Assembly: GCA_016187025.1 (NCBI GenBank)
Contig: JACPKM010000001.1
Span: 43,188-107,187 of the forward strand
Reading direction: 5' to 3'
DNA length: 64,000 nt
Source of the DNA: Candidatus Daviesbacteria bacterium
GTDB lineage: Bacteria > Patescibacteriota > Microgenomatia > Daviesbacterales > UBA10151
A program made the position numbers and the translations under genes. A model generated the notes under the pieces. That model ran no database searches. It was given only the letters and a program-made list of their open reading frames with translations, and had not been told where the DNA came from. Below, one piece after another: positions 20,036 to 30,917 of the stretch; the stretch's first letter is position 1; the number at the start of each line of letters is the position of its first letter.

Positions 20036-21169
20036 TTATCTTTTTAAGTTTTTATCTACAAGAGCTAAAATCTCTTTTACAAACCTTTGCTTGGAAAACT
20101 TCTCTGCTTGTTTTACTAAATCTTCTTTTTTAAACTTAAATTCATTAAAAAATGGCAAAACATTCATCAAGTTTTTAACAGACTTGTAAGGCGCAAAAAA
20201 CACTCCTGTTTTACCCTCAACCACAGTTTCTTTGTATCCTCCAGTGCCAATTGCAATTACAGGTGTACCAGCAGCCATAGCCTCAACAGCAGTGATACCA
20301 AAATCTTCATCTTCCGAGGCAACTATTAAAGCTTTTGCTCCTGCTAGAAGTTTTATTCTAGTGTCATCATCCACTTCTCCTAGAAACTGAACTTTTTCGC
20401 CAGCAATCTTTTTTAATCTTTTTTTCTCTGGTCCATTTCCAACCACTTTCAAAGACAAATTTAGTTTGGTACATACCTCCACTGTGACCTCTGTACCTTT
20501 TCCCCTTACCAATCTATTCAAAGATAAAAGATATTCTCTATTTTTAACTTTTAATTTTTCTGCTTTAGCTTTAATCTCCCCTACTTCAACTGGTGGGTAA
20601 ATTATTACTGCATTTCTTCTGTAAAACTTGTTGATTCTATCTGCTACATTTTTGGAATTAGCTACTAAAACATCAGGGCGCTGACTAGTTTCAAAATCAT
20701 AAATGCGCAAAAAATGGTTTGCCAGCTCCCCTAAAACTCTAGTTAAAAGGTGCTTCTTGTAATTAAAAGAGGTAGCGTAACCATAAAGGTAACGCGGAGG
20801 GGTATGAATATAGCTAATATGCAAGCTACCTGGCCTGGTTATCACTGCCTTGGCAAAATATGAGTTGCAAGAGGAGATGACAAGATCATAGCCAGATAAA
20901 TCAAAGCCTTCAAAAACCATTGGGGCAAATACCCTTAAAGGAGAAATTAGTTTTTTGGCAAATGGCAGTCTTTGCAACCAAGATGATCTTATATCCCACT
21001 TTTTGACTCTTTCTTGATGTACCCCAAAACCATTAATGTCAAAATAGGCAGTATAAATAGGCGCATCAGGAAAGATTTCATGTAAGCACTCCAAAACCCT
21101 TTCTCCTCCACCGTACTCAACCAAAAAATCATGTACCAGCGCGACCTTAAGCTGCCTAGGCTCCTGCAT
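20036..21169 (-). CDS. glycosyltransferase family 4
   Basis: VHD..GGGERVL, EDFGITAVEAMAAG. Confidence 0.9.
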   Translation of the reverse strand: MQEPRQLKVALVHDFLVEYGGGERVLECLHEIFPDAPIYTAYFDINGFGVHQERVKKWDIRSSWLQRLPFAKKLISPLRVFAPMVFEGFDLSGYDLVISSCNSYFAKAVITRPGSLHISYIHTPPRYLYGYATSFNYKKHLLTRVLGELANHFLRIYDFETSQRPDVLVANSKNVADRINKFYRRNAVIIYPPVEVGEIKAKAEKLKVKNREYLLSLNRLVRGKGTEVTVEVCTKLNLSLKVVGNGPEKKRLKKIAGEKVQFLGEVDDDTRIKLLAGAKALIVASEDEDFGITAVEAMAAGTPVIAIGTGGYKETVVEGKTGVFFAPYKSVKNLMNVLPFFNEFKFKKEDLVKQAEKFSKQRFVKEILALVDKNLKR

Positions 21170-21209
21170 GAGTTTAATTGTATCAGATTTGTTGTGATAT
21201 TATTATCTT

Positions 21210-21602
21210 GTGAAGATTATCCGGTTTTCAGATATTGAATTTATCCCCTCAAATCATGAAGATCCAGAAAACCCAGGGGTTTGGATCAAAAGGTTATACC
21301 TTAGGGACAGTCAAAACCATTTTCTAAACGGCAAAATCCAGATGATTACTTGGGCAAAAACTCCAGCCGGAAAAAGCTTTCAAGCTCATTACCATGAAAA
21401 AATGACCGAAGTGTTTATAATTTTAAACGGTACAATTACAGTAGTTGTTGGGGGGAAACACCTTGAAGCAGAAGCAGGAGATTTAATTATTGCCGATGCA
21501 AAAGAGATACATCAATTTGTTAACAACTCTTCAGAAGATATAAATTACATAGCTATGGGAGTAGTAATTGGTGAAGGTGGAAAAACAATAATTGTCAGCT
21601 AG
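21210..21602 (+). CDS. cupin domain protein
   Basis: HYH..E..G and EIHQ cupin motifs. Confidence 0.8.
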   Translation: MKIIRFSDIEFIPSNHEDPENPGVWIKRLYLRDSQNHFLNGKIQMITWAKTPAGKSFQAHYHEKMTEVFIILNGTITVVVGGKHLEAEAGDLIIADAKEIHQFVNNSSEDINYIAMGVVIGEGGKTIIVS

Positions 21603-22413
21603 ATTTTGCAATATCTATTAACTGCTCAAAAATAAGTTTAGTCGGTTTTGAGGCCGGAGCCGAACCTGATCCACAAATGACCATTTTATGAGACTGGTGC
21701 AAAAACCAGGAGGCCTGAGGGTCCAACTCCTTTACTGTTTGATAAATTGGCTCCAAATCCACATCTTCTCTAGGAGTATAAAATTGGACGGATTTGAATT
21801 TGGGATCATACATTAAAAAGACCTCTCCATTTTTGGTGTCACAAAAGGCCCGGCTGACATTTTCTGATTCAACTGCCACCCCTTTGCCCCATTTGGTTTC
21901 AAACTCAATTTTATTTTCCCAGTCTTTTTCTGCCTTCTGCTTATTTATCAAGACTTGATAAACCCTATCCAGGATTTGAAATCCTAATGTGGTATTTTCT
22001 AAAGAATCAGCTTGCTGTTGCGGCCCATATACCCTGATAAACCCAGGAACATAAAACTGCGGATAAGGTAGGTTTTTAAGCCTGCCTAAATCATCAAGCC
22101 TCACCCATTCCACCAGCTCCTCTAATGCTTTAACGCTTGAATCCTCAGTAGGAACCAGGTTTTGCTCTTTTAAGTATTTCCACACTAATGAGGTAGCGCT
22201 ATCTTCTAAATCGCCTTTATGTTCATCAAACTTTCCTCCCCCAGTTCCCACAAAAATCCTTTCTGCACTTTCTTCTTTTAAAGCTGCCTCACGGGAAGCA
22301 GAAATAAACTCAATATCTGTATCTTGAAAATCTGGATGAAATTTTTTAAATAACCAAATAGCAGTAATATCATCCAGATGCGGATTAATATGTGTAACTA
22401 AAGTTTTTCTCAT
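21595..22413 (-). CDS. conserved protein, MYG1/DHH-like hydrolase fold
   Basis: TH..PHLDD and GGGKFDEH motifs. Confidence 0.55.
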   Translation of the reverse strand: MRKTLVTHINPHLDDITAIWLFKKFHPDFQDTDIEFISASREAALKEESAERIFVGTGGGKFDEHKGDLEDSATSLVWKYLKEQNLVPTEDSSVKALEELVEWVRLDDLGRLKNLPYPQFYVPGFIRVYGPQQQADSLENTTLGFQILDRVYQVLINKQKAEKDWENKIEFETKWGKGVAVESENVSRAFCDTKNGEVFLMYDPKFKSVQFYTPREDVDLEPIYQTVKELDPQASWFLHQSHKMVICGSGSAPASKPTKLIFEQLIDIAKSS

Positions 22414-22439
22414 TTGATATGATGGAAGTATAACACCTT

Positions 22440-23273
22440 ATGCATATTGTTAAAAAGCTTTTAATTGCTCCGGTTTTTCTAATACTGCTTGCTATAACTT
22501 TTTATCTGTTTAATCCTTATTTAAGCTCATTTGATAAGTTATTTACCTTTGGGCTGGAGTCTTTTGTTGAACTGGCAATCCTAACGTTATTTCTGACTCT
22601 CGCCTGCTTAAGTTCTATCCTGTTTGCAGCTTTATCTTTTGACTGGAGGTATGTTTTTCCAATTAGCGTAGCTGGTGGTTTAGTTCCTTTTTTGATTATT
22701 CCATCTTCTGTGGGAGTTATTCTTGGTGCTGGAATTTTTGTAGCTTTGATTATTACAAATTTAGTACTAGAAAACAGACTAAAGGCTTATATAGATTTTC
22801 ACCCTTCTGCTCTGCTAACACCATCTGTTAAACAGCTGTCCAGTTTGATTATTCTGGCTCTAGCTTTTTCTTTCTATCTATCAACAACCAGTTCTATCTC
22901 CCAAAAAGGCTTTGAGATTCCTGACTCACTGATAAATAGCTCATTGAACTTAATGCCACAAAACAGCTTTTCCAATACTGAAGATAATCTGTCCAACTCT
23001 TCAGATCTTACTCAAACTCTTCTTAAAAAAACAATCAAGGAGCAATTCAAGACTATGCTTGATCCTTACTTGGGCATTATTCCCCTGGTTCTGGCAGCAC
23101 TATTTTTTGTCAGCTTACACTCAATAGCTTCACTTTTATTTATACTTTTTCCTTCACTTATTTTTATAATTTTTTATCTTCTGGAAAAAAGTAACTTTAT
23201 CAGATTCGAAAAAGAGATGCGGGAGGTCAAAAAATTAGTGATTTCATCTCTCCCCAATTCTTCCCCACCTTAA
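22440..23273 (+). CDS. multi-pass membrane protein
   Basis: Several hydrophobic helices. Confidence 0.7.
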   Translation: MHIVKKLLIAPVFLILLAITFYLFNPYLSSFDKLFTFGLESFVELAILTLFLTLACLSSILFAALSFDWRYVFPISVAGGLVPFLIIPSSVGVILGAGIFVALIITNLVLENRLKAYIDFHPSALLTPSVKQLSSLIILALAFSFYLSTTSSISQKGFEIPDSLINSSLNLMPQNSFSNTEDNLSNSSDLTQTLLKKTIKEQFKTMLDPYLGIIPLVLAALFFVSLHSIASLLFILFPSLIFIIFYLLEKSNFIRFEKEMREVKKLVISSLPNSSPP

Positions 23274-25380
23274 GATCAACAATCACTGGCACGGAAAGGG
23301 TTAAGGCATTTTCCATTTTGTCCTTGACCATTTTGGCAGTCTCTTTAACAAATTTTGGATTACATTCAAACAAAAGTTCATCGTGTATTTGCAGAATCAT
23401 ACAGCAATTTTGAGTTTTGAGTTTTGAATTTTGAATTTCTTCGTCTATTTCCACCATCGCCTTTTTAATCATGTCAGCGCTAGTACCCTGAATAGGATGG
23501 TTTACTGCTGCCCTTTCCCCAAAAGCTTTTAACATTCGGTTGGATGCCTGAAGCTCCGGTATATACCTTTTTCTACCCCAAATAGTCTCAACAAACCCAT
23601 TTTTATAGCCTTGCTCTAAAACCTGGCCCATCCATTCTTTTACTTTAGGAAACTTTGCAAAGTACTCATCTATGTAGGTTTTGGCTGTCTGGTAATCTAT
23701 ACCCAATTGTTGAGACAGCGCATGGGCTCCTTGCCCATAAAGGGTGGCAAAGTTCATGGTTTTACCCACATTTCTTTGCTCTCTTGTTACCTGATCAACT
23801 GGAACTTTAAAGATTTTTGAGGCTGTTAGAGTATGAATATCTATGCCTTCTTGAAATGCTATTTTAAGGTTTGGGTCATCGGATAAATGGGCTAAAATCC
23901 TAAGCTCAACTTGAGAATAATCAGCTTTTAGTAAAACTTTTCCTTTGGGAGCAATAAAAACCTTTCTAATTTCCCCGCCTAATTGTCCTCTGATAGGAAT
24001 GTTTTGTAAATTCGGGTCTTGGGAAGAAAGCCTACCTGTGGCAGCCCCTTCTACATTGAAAGTGGAATGAATTCTACCATCCTCCTTAACATATTTTGGC
24101 AAAGCATCAATATAGGTTGATATTAGCTTAAACAACTGACGATACTGCAGTAGTAACGGAATCACAGGATGGGCTGCGGAAAGCTCCCTTAAAGTCCCCT
24201 CATCTGTAGACCTACCGGTTTTGGTTTTTCTTACAACAGGCAATTTCAGCTCATCAAATAAAACCTCAGATAACTGTTTTGGGCTATTTAAGTTAAATTG
24301 GTGGCCAATTTTGGCATAAATTTCCTCTTCTATTAAACTTAGTTGTTTTTTTAGCTCGTTACCCATTTTATTTAAAAGCTTTAGATCAATTAATACTCCA
24401 TTTTCAGACATCTTTTCCAAAACTGGCTGAACAGCCAGATCAAGGTCAGTGGTAGTAGAGGAAGTATAAGTTAAGATTTCAGGATTATTGGTTTTTAACT
24501 CCGCATCCTGAGGACCTGGTAGACGGGCAATCAAACTTTTAAATTGTAGTTCTTCAAATAGTTTAACAGCTTCTTCATGATTGTAGTCATAAACCCGGCA
24601 TTTGGCTAAATCTAACTTAATAGGCGCTCCTTGCTCGATAGTTGCCAGCTCTTTGCTCATCACAGCAGATTCAGCGCCTTCTGATAAAAGTAATTGTATT
24701 CTTTGAGGTAGTGTTTTTAAATTTTCCGGGCGGTAGATTTTTTCTATAGTTTCAAATTGTAAAATAAGTTTTGTAGCAGAAACCTCTCCTATCCCTCCTA
24801 CACCGGGAATATTATCTGATGCATCACCTGCCAGAGCTTTATAGTCAACTAAATTTTTCGGCATAAAGCCAAACCTTGCCACAAATTCTTCTTCCCCATA
24901 AAGCCCTACATCTTGTAAAGTCTTTTTTGGCATTAACACTTTTACTCTCTTACCAATAAGCTGCATAATATCCCGGTCTCCTGTAACTACAATTACTTCC
25001 AGGTTTTTTTCTTTTTCTCCTGCTTGTTTTACCAAAGTCCCAATTAAATCATCTGCTTCGTACCCAGCAAGGCTAAACTCAGGAATATTTAAGGTATGCA
25101 CTACCTCATGCACTCTTTTGTATTGGGAGGATAAACCATCATCTGCCGGTCCTCTGGTAGATTTATATTGGGTATAGGACTGATGGCGAAAAGTAGGCCC
25201 TTTTTCATCCCAGGCAACTGCAATAAAATCAGGTGTCAGCTCGTTTATGGAACGCAAAAGCATTGAGCAAAACCCATAAACTGCATTAACCAGCTCCCCG
25301 TTTGAGGTAGTAAGAGGCGGGGTGGCATGGTAGGCCCGGTGAAGTAGGGCATTTCCATCTACTAAACATAACCTTTTCAT
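23227..25380 (-). CDS. polA: DNA polymerase I lacking the 3'-5' exonuclease domain
   Basis: 5'-3' exonuclease (DGNALLHRAYHA, EADD), ADYSQVELR, QIHDEL; only 717 aa. Confidence 0.95.
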   Translation of the reverse strand: MKRLCLVDGNALLHRAYHATPPLTTSNGELVNAVYGFCSMLLRSINELTPDFIAVAWDEKGPTFRHQSYTQYKSTRGPADDGLSSQYKRVHEVVHTLNIPEFSLAGYEADDLIGTLVKQAGEKEKNLEVIVVTGDRDIMQLIGKRVKVLMPKKTLQDVGLYGEEEFVARFGFMPKNLVDYKALAGDASDNIPGVGGIGEVSATKLILQFETIEKIYRPENLKTLPQRIQLLLSEGAESAVMSKELATIEQGAPIKLDLAKCRVYDYNHEEAVKLFEELQFKSLIARLPGPQDAELKTNNPEILTYTSSTTTDLDLAVQPVLEKMSENGVLIDLKLLNKMGNELKKQLSLIEEEIYAKIGHQFNLNSPKQLSEVLFDELKLPVVRKTKTGRSTDEGTLRELSAAHPVIPLLLQYRQLFKLISTYIDALPKYVKEDGRIHSTFNVEGAATGRLSSQDPNLQNIPIRGQLGGEIRKVFIAPKGKVLLKADYSQVELRILAHLSDDPNLKIAFQEGIDIHTLTASKIFKVPVDQVTREQRNVGKTMNFATLYGQGAHALSQQLGIDYQTAKTYIDEYFAKFPKVKEWMGQVLEQGYKNGFVETIWGRKRYIPELQASNRMLKAFGERAAVNHPIQGTSADMIKKAMVEIDEEIQNSKLKTQNCCMILQIHDELLFECNPKFVKETAKMVKDKMENALTLSVPVIVDLKVGKNWGEMKSLIF

Positions 25381-25424
25381 GGATAGATTGTAGAAGAAAT
25401 ATGACTTAAAGGCAAACTAAATTT

Positions 25425-26186
25425 TTAAGTTTTGTGGCTCTTGTTTTGAGAAGAGTCGAACTTGCCAAATTCATACTCAACTGTAATGTTTCTATAGCCA
25501 AAAAGGAGGGTCTGAAGAGACGCCTTTATCATCTTTAAGGCAAATTTGGTTCTTCCTTCTTTTTCAAATCTTCTGGGGGAAGTATGAAGTCTGGGTTGAT
25601 CCAGAAAGAAAAATTTATAACCTCTTTTGCTACATCTTTGCACTAACTCAAAATCCTCCCCTACTCTGATATTTTCATCAAACCCGCCTATCTTTTCAAA
25701 CACCTCACGCTTTATATATATATTCATAGCTGTTGTCATCGGCCAAATTGGGCGGGATAGGAAAAATAAAATATTCATAGCAGTAAAAAAGACTTTATCT
25801 TTCCAGTAATGTCCTGCCGGTACATTAAAAGCAGATGCAATCTCCGGCTTAGTTTTTAAAACTTCCTCATAATAAGTCTTTAAAGTTTCTGAATCAGAAA
25901 AAAACATGTCTGCATCTAAAAATAAAATATGTTCCTGTTTGGTCTTTGAGACCCCGAAGTTTCTTTGCCTTGAAATTGTGCTTTTGGGAATTTGATAAAC
26001 TTTAAGTTGCGGAAGCTTTATCCTTCTTTTTTTAGCCTCTTCAACTGTTTTATCCTTGGAATAAGCATCAATTACTACTATCTCTTTTGGTTGAACCGTT
26101 TGTTTGGCAATAGAATCTAGCAAACTACCTATGTAGTGCTGCTCATTCAACGTAGGAATTACTATGGCTAAATCTATATTTTGCAT
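25425..26186 (-). CDS. glycosyltransferase family 2
   Basis: IPTLNE, FLDAD, GGFDE..GED. Confidence 0.9.
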   Translation of the reverse strand: MQNIDLAIVIPTLNEQHYIGSLLDSIAKQTVQPKEIVVIDAYSKDKTVEEAKKRRIKLPQLKVYQIPKSTISRQRNFGVSKTKQEHILFLDADMFFSDSETLKTYYEEVLKTKPEIASAFNVPAGHYWKDKVFFTAMNILFFLSRPIWPMTTAMNIYIKREVFEKIGGFDENIRVGEDFELVQRCSKRGYKFFFLDQPRLHTSPRRFEKEGRTKFALKMIKASLQTLLFGYRNITVEYEFGKFDSSQNKSHKT

Positions 26187-26194
26187 ATTGGCAA

Positions 26195-26887
26195 TTAATT
26201 ATATTGGGAAGAAGGCGAAGATTCCAGTAATTGATTATTTAAAAATTCTTTGCACTCTTCTGCTTTAATATTTACGAGTTTCTTCTCTGCTTGAGTTAAA
26301 ACAGAATTGGTTGATTCTTTTTGTAAAAACTCACAGGCTAGCTTTTGTGTAAGAGAGGTTTTCCCCCACACCTTTGCTCGTAAATCTTTGTCTAATCTTT
26401 TAATTTCTTGTCTGTTTCTTTTTTCCAAATTTTGAACAGCAGCTCTGATTGAAAGTTGCGCACGAGTATTTTTGATGTTTGGATAAAGACTAATCAGTAG
26501 GTTGATATGTGTAGCTATTCTTTCATCTGCTAAAACCTGCAGGTCCTGGTTACCTGATGAATATCTTTCCAGCTTTTTTATATGATCTTGATATTTAATC
26601 AAATTTGGTTCAATCAAATCTTCCCGTTTTTCTGAAATTAAAGATTTGACCTCGCGCAATCTTCTGACAGCAAATTCCATCTGTCTCATAAACTTTACAT
26701 TGTCTGTTTGGGCTAGCTTCAATTCAATATCTTCTTTAACCATTTTTAAAAAGTATCCAGCAGAGGCAGGAGAAATTTGTGATTGGCCAATTTCAGGAAC
26801 AGATGCAAAAACTCCAACTGGTAGAGCAAAAAAGATTAAAAATAGCACAAACCAGGTTTTGATGCCCATACATGAGATTATATACAA
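26195..26887 (-). CDS. secreted protein (DUF5667-like)
   Basis: Signal peptide; SP..GYFLK..KE..RRLRE. Confidence 0.6.
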   Translation of the reverse strand: MYIISCMGIKTWFVLFLIFFALPVGVFASVPEIGQSQISPASAGYFLKMVKEDIELKLAQTDNVKFMRQMEFAVRRLREVKSLISEKREDLIEPNLIKYQDHIKKLERYSSGNQDLQVLADERIATHINLLISLYPNIKNTRAQLSIRAAVQNLEKRNRQEIKRLDKDLRAKVWGKTSLTQKLACEFLQKESTNSVLTQAEKKLVNIKAEECKEFLNNQLLESSPSSQYN

Positions 26888-26913
26888 ATTAAGGCTTTAA
26901 TTCACTCTGGAGT

Positions 26914-28755
26914 CTAAGTAGCACTTACTTTCTTTCCAACGATTTTTTCAAACTCGTCTGATTCAAGGGTTTCTTTGACCAAAAGCTCCTTGGCAACCTT
27001 ATCTAGTTTAATTTTGTGTTTTTTAAGAAGGTTTTGAGCTTGTTTAAATGCTTCACCCATTATTTTTCTAAGCTCTTTATCAACGCTATTGTGTAGCTCA
27101 GGTGACATCTCCTCACCCTCTTCTACCCCTTTCCAAGCCCCAAACATGCTTTTGGCTTGTAGATTAATTGGCCCTATATCAGACATTCCATATTGCATGA
27201 CCATTTGCCTGGCAATATTGGTTGCAATCTGAATATCAGAAGCAGCACCTGTTGATATATCTTTAAATATTAGCTCCTCAGCTGCTTGTCCACCTAAGGC
27301 AGCAGCTATCTGCTGCACAAGACGGGATTTAGACTCATTTGATCTATCTTCAGTTGGAGGAAAAAGAGTATGTCCTCCGGACATTCCTCTGGAAACAATA
27401 GAAATTCTATGAACTGGGTCGACAGCGGGTAAGAAATGTCCCACTATCGCATGTCCTGCTTCATGATAAGCAGCCAGTTTGCGGTCATACTCAGATTGCA
27501 TCCTTTTTCTTTGTGGACCTAGTTTTTCCTTGGTGGCTGCTTCCTCTAAATCCTTTGGGTCTATAGCTGTTTTACCCTCGCGCGCTGCTAAAATAGCTGC
27601 CTCATTTAGCATGTTGGCCAAATCTGCACCAGAAAATCCAACTGTTCTTCTGGCAAGCTTTTCAATACTAACATCTTTGGTAAAAGGCTTACCTGTCATA
27701 TGAAGCTGAATTATAGACTTTCTTTCTTCCAAATCTGGCATTCCCAAGACCACCCGTCTATCGAACCGGCCAGGTCTTACCAGGGCAGCATCCAGTAAAT
27801 CAGGTCTGTTAGTTGCACCAATGACTATCACATGATCATTGGGGGTAAACCCATCCATTTCCACTAGAATCTGATTTAGGGTTTGCTCCCTTTCGTCATG
27901 TCCACCTGAAAAACCCATTCCTCTTTGTCTGCCAATAGATTCAATTTCATCTATAAAAATGATCGCTGGAGCACTCTTTTTTGCCTGTGCAAACATATCC
28001 CGGACTCTAGCAGCGCCAACACCTACCAACATTTCCATAAACTCTGATCCTGCAATAGAATAAAAGGGGACTCCTGCTTCCCCAGCCACTGCACGGGAAA
28101 TTAAGGTTTTTCCCGTTCCAGCAGGCCCAACCAAAAGTACCCCCTTGGGAATCCTGGCACCCAAGGATCTAAACTTTTCTGGAGTTTTCAAAAACTCGAC
28201 TACTTCCTGTAATTCTCTTTTGGCCTCCTCTACTCCTGCCACATCTTTGAATTTTACCTGTGGTTGGTCTTTAGAAAAGAGTCTGGCTCTGCTTTGAGCA
28301 AAAGAAAAAATACCTTGTCCAGCTTCTCTTGCTTGTCTAAAAATTAAGAAGAAAAAGCCAATCATCAATACAATTGGTAAAACTGCTCCAAGTATTCCCA
28401 ACCAAGCCTGTTGTAGAGAGATATCTTTTACATCTATGGTGACAGTTTTTGGATCTATCCCACTTACCTCCAGAATTTTATAAAATGATTCACCTGATTC
28501 CTTTCTGGAAACAAACTTCTGATCTGAATCCTTAATGTGGGCAATAATTTTATCTCCCTCAACCGATATTTTTTCTACCTTATTGTCTTTGATATCGCCA
28601 ACTATTTTAGAAATTGGCACCTCATTAGAGGAACTGGAGGGGCCGGAGATCTGATAAAAAAAGATCAGTGATGCTATAGCAATTAACAGATAGATACCCA
28701 GAGCTTTAAATACCGAGAAAAAACGTTTATTTATCTTCTTTTTTCCATTCGCCAT
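26914..28755 (-). CDS. ftsH: ATP-dependent zinc metalloprotease FtsH
   Basis: Two TM segments, [23 protein letters not shown]. Confidence 0.97.
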   Translation of the reverse strand: MANGKKKINKRFFSVFKALGIYLLIAIASLIFFYQISGPSSSSNEVPISKIVGDIKDNKVEKISVEGDKIIAHIKDSDQKFVSRKESGESFYKILEVSGIDPKTVTIDVKDISLQQAWLGILGAVLPIVLMIGFFFLIFRQAREAGQGIFSFAQSRARLFSKDQPQVKFKDVAGVEEAKRELQEVVEFLKTPEKFRSLGARIPKGVLLVGPAGTGKTLISRAVAGEAGVPFYSIAGSEFMEMLVGVGAARVRDMFAQAKKSAPAIIFIDEIESIGRQRGMGFSGGHDEREQTLNQILVEMDGFTPNDHVIVIGATNRPDLLDAALVRPGRFDRRVVLGMPDLEERKSIIQLHMTGKPFTKDVSIEKLARRTVGFSGADLANMLNEAAILAAREGKTAIDPKDLEEAATKEKLGPQRKRMQSEYDRKLAAYHEAGHAIVGHFLPAVDPVHRISIVSRGMSGGHTLFPPTEDRSNESKSRLVQQIAAALGGQAAEELIFKDISTGAASDIQIATNIARQMVMQYGMSDIGPINLQAKSMFGAWKGVEEGEEMSPELHNSVDKELRKIMGEAFKQAQNLLKKHKIKLDKVAKELLVKETLESDEFEKIVGKKVSAT

Positions 28756-28828
28756 CTAGAAAGTTTACTCCTTACTAAAGTTTTGCTAATTTTAACACAC
28801 TCTGGGATTGATTGCTAGACTTTGATAC

Positions 28829-29149
28829 TTACTTAATTTTTGCTCCAGGTTCTACTTTTTTGAAAGGTTTTAGCAGAACCGGCTTTTTGCCTGATGCACA
28901 CAAAATCATCCCTTGGGAATGCAACCCCATCATCACTCTTGGTTCTAAATTAGCAACAAATATAAACTGCTTACCTACTAAATCTTGCGGCTTATACCAT
29001 TGTTTGATCCCAGATAGAATCTGACGAGGAGTATTTTCCCCTAAATCCACTTTCAATTTAATCAGCTTTTCAGATCCTTCCACCTCTTCTGCTTCTAAAA
29101 CAGTGCCTACTTTTAATTCAACTTTCAAAAAATCATCAATGCTAATCAT
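28829..29149 (-). CDS. tRNA-binding OB-fold protein (Trbp111/MetRS C-terminal-like)
   Basis: DDFLKVELKVG, RQILSGI, NLEPR..SQGMIL. Confidence 0.88.
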   Translation of the reverse strand: MISIDDFLKVELKVGTVLEAEEVEGSEKLIKLKVDLGENTPRQILSGIKQWYKPQDLVGKQFIFVANLEPRVMMGLHSQGMILCASGKKPVLLKPFKKVEPGAKIK

Positions 29150-29502
29150 ATTTCTAAAACTGCTTTTATGGCATCAGCAACCTCAGCCATTTTAATCTTA
29201 GACACCCTCCCAATCCTTTTAATTAATCTATTTTTATCCATAGCCCTCATCTGGTTTATAACCAAAGCTGAATCCCTACTTAAACCTCTCTGTCTAACAA
29301 ATTTTACAGCATCAGGGCCCAGAAATTGCGGAATAATTGAGCTAAAAGGGATTGCAATTACTGTAGGTAAAATCTGATTGAGAGTATTATTTGATATAAC
29401 CAAGGCTGGTCGTTTCTTACGCATCTCCCGTCCATAGGGCGGTTCGAGGTCGGCAATATAAATCTCTCCCCTTTTAGGGTATCCTGCTGTCAACTTCTGC
29501 AT
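29146..29502 (-). CDS. PemK/MazF family toxin
   Basis: RGEIY..P..G.E..K.RPALVIS, Q.RA.DK.RL. Confidence 0.9.
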   Translation of the reverse strand: MQKLTAGYPKRGEIYIADLEPPYGREMRKKRPALVISNNTLNQILPTVIAIPFSSIIPQFLGPDAVKFVRQRGLSRDSALVINQMRAMDKNRLIKRIGRVSKIKMAEVADAIKAVLEI

Positions 29503-29710
29503 CTGAGTATCTGAAATCTTCCTGAATCTCTTTAATAATCTCTACTTGCGCCATAGCGCTTTTACGAAGCTGGTCCTTTAAATCTGTCTTGGCCAACTTA
29601 TCTTTAACAGCTTCAGCAATAAACTTACTTCTTTTTTTAGCCGGGACTGCTCTTTTAAAATCCCTGGCCAGCTCGTATGGTAAGGTAATATTTAATCTTT
29701 GTGCTTGCAT
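29474..29710 (-). CDS. RHH-type antitoxin
   Basis: RLNITLP..RSKFIAEAV; overlaps the toxin start. Confidence 0.8.
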   Translation of the reverse strand: MQAQRLNITLPYELARDFKRAVPAKKRSKFIAEAVKDKLAKTDLKDQLRKSAMAQVEIIKEIQEDFRYSDAEVDSRIP

Positions 29711-29964
29711 AATTATTTCTCCAATACACACTAATTATACACACATTTGATTGGAATAATCAAGTAATCCTCATTCTTGTTTCCTCCCCATCCATAACCA
29801 GATTTGATTAGAGAAAAACTCGAACAGAACTCTGACTAATGAAAGCTCTAGAAGAAGGCGAAGAATGAAACTTGTTCATTTTTGCACTGCCTACTTATGA
29901 AGGATTGTAATAGAAATTTTCGGAAAAACCAAGAAGCAAAACACCAAAATTACCAAAAACCCAA

Positions 29965-30716
29965 TTACTTAGTTTCAAATGCCGCTACCAGGCGCGGAGA
30001 ACCAACATCGTCATTACCAGAGTCACGAGGCCAGCCATGGACTCCCAGACCGCGATCAGGGTCGGCACTGCCTACAACGGCAACGAAGGAGCCAGATTCA
30101 TTGGTTGGATTTTTCGTTCTTCCATATACCCAATTTCTACCTTGAACTTCTGCATATTTTGGTCCAAATAACCATTCACCCGGATGATTAGCTAAATGTT
30201 GAAAGGTTAATTCTGTAAAAACAACTGCTTGACCTGGAACAATTTGTGTTATTCCTGTCAAGCCGTACCTTTCAGCATCAGCCGCTGCCATTGTCTCTTG
30301 TGTATCCGTATCTCTACCGAGAGTACCAGGAACAAAAAAATCTTCAGGTTTTGCAAAATAAGCTACTTCAATTCGTGGTGAAGGCACAGTAAGCAGTCTT
30401 GTACTATTTCCTGCATCAACAATGTGCCAGAAGGCGGGCAATCCTTGTGCTTCTCTGACCTTTTTCTGATGCTCAATAGTTTCTCCAGTTAATGTACAAA
30501 AGGAAGCACCAAAATTTTTTAGGGCTGCTTCTCTCTGTCAGGAATTCTTGCTTTTAAAATAAGTCGTTCTGCGCCCCTTGCTTCTGTAGAAATTCCTGCT
30601 GCTAAAACTCGTCCACCATCAAGCCATTGATCAAGCATCCCCACCTGTGGATCATTGGGATGTAACCTTGCAAATTCATTTCTATGTGCTCGTAATATCT
30701 CAATACCTTCCATCAT
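29965..30716 (-). pseudogene. frameshifted gene with a C-type-lectin-like (DGR-target-like) C-terminus
   Basis: The frame of ORF 29965-30441 stays open upstream to 30537 and overlaps the end of ORF 30519-30716, so one shift in an (AG)n run near 30530 joins them. Confidence 0.55.
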
Positions 30717-30917
30717 AATCAGTGAATAGTATCAGATTATAGGACAGTTGTCAAACAAAATCAAAACACAAAAGACCTTACTCCTTAAAAAGGTTAACAG
30801 CCAGAGTAAAACCCAGTTTTTCATACCAGTTATCAGCAGAGAAGATAATTTTAGTACCACTTTTTTGGAAGTCAGGTACCAAAATAATCGCCTTTTTTAA
30901 TTAACTCCTTCATGCAA

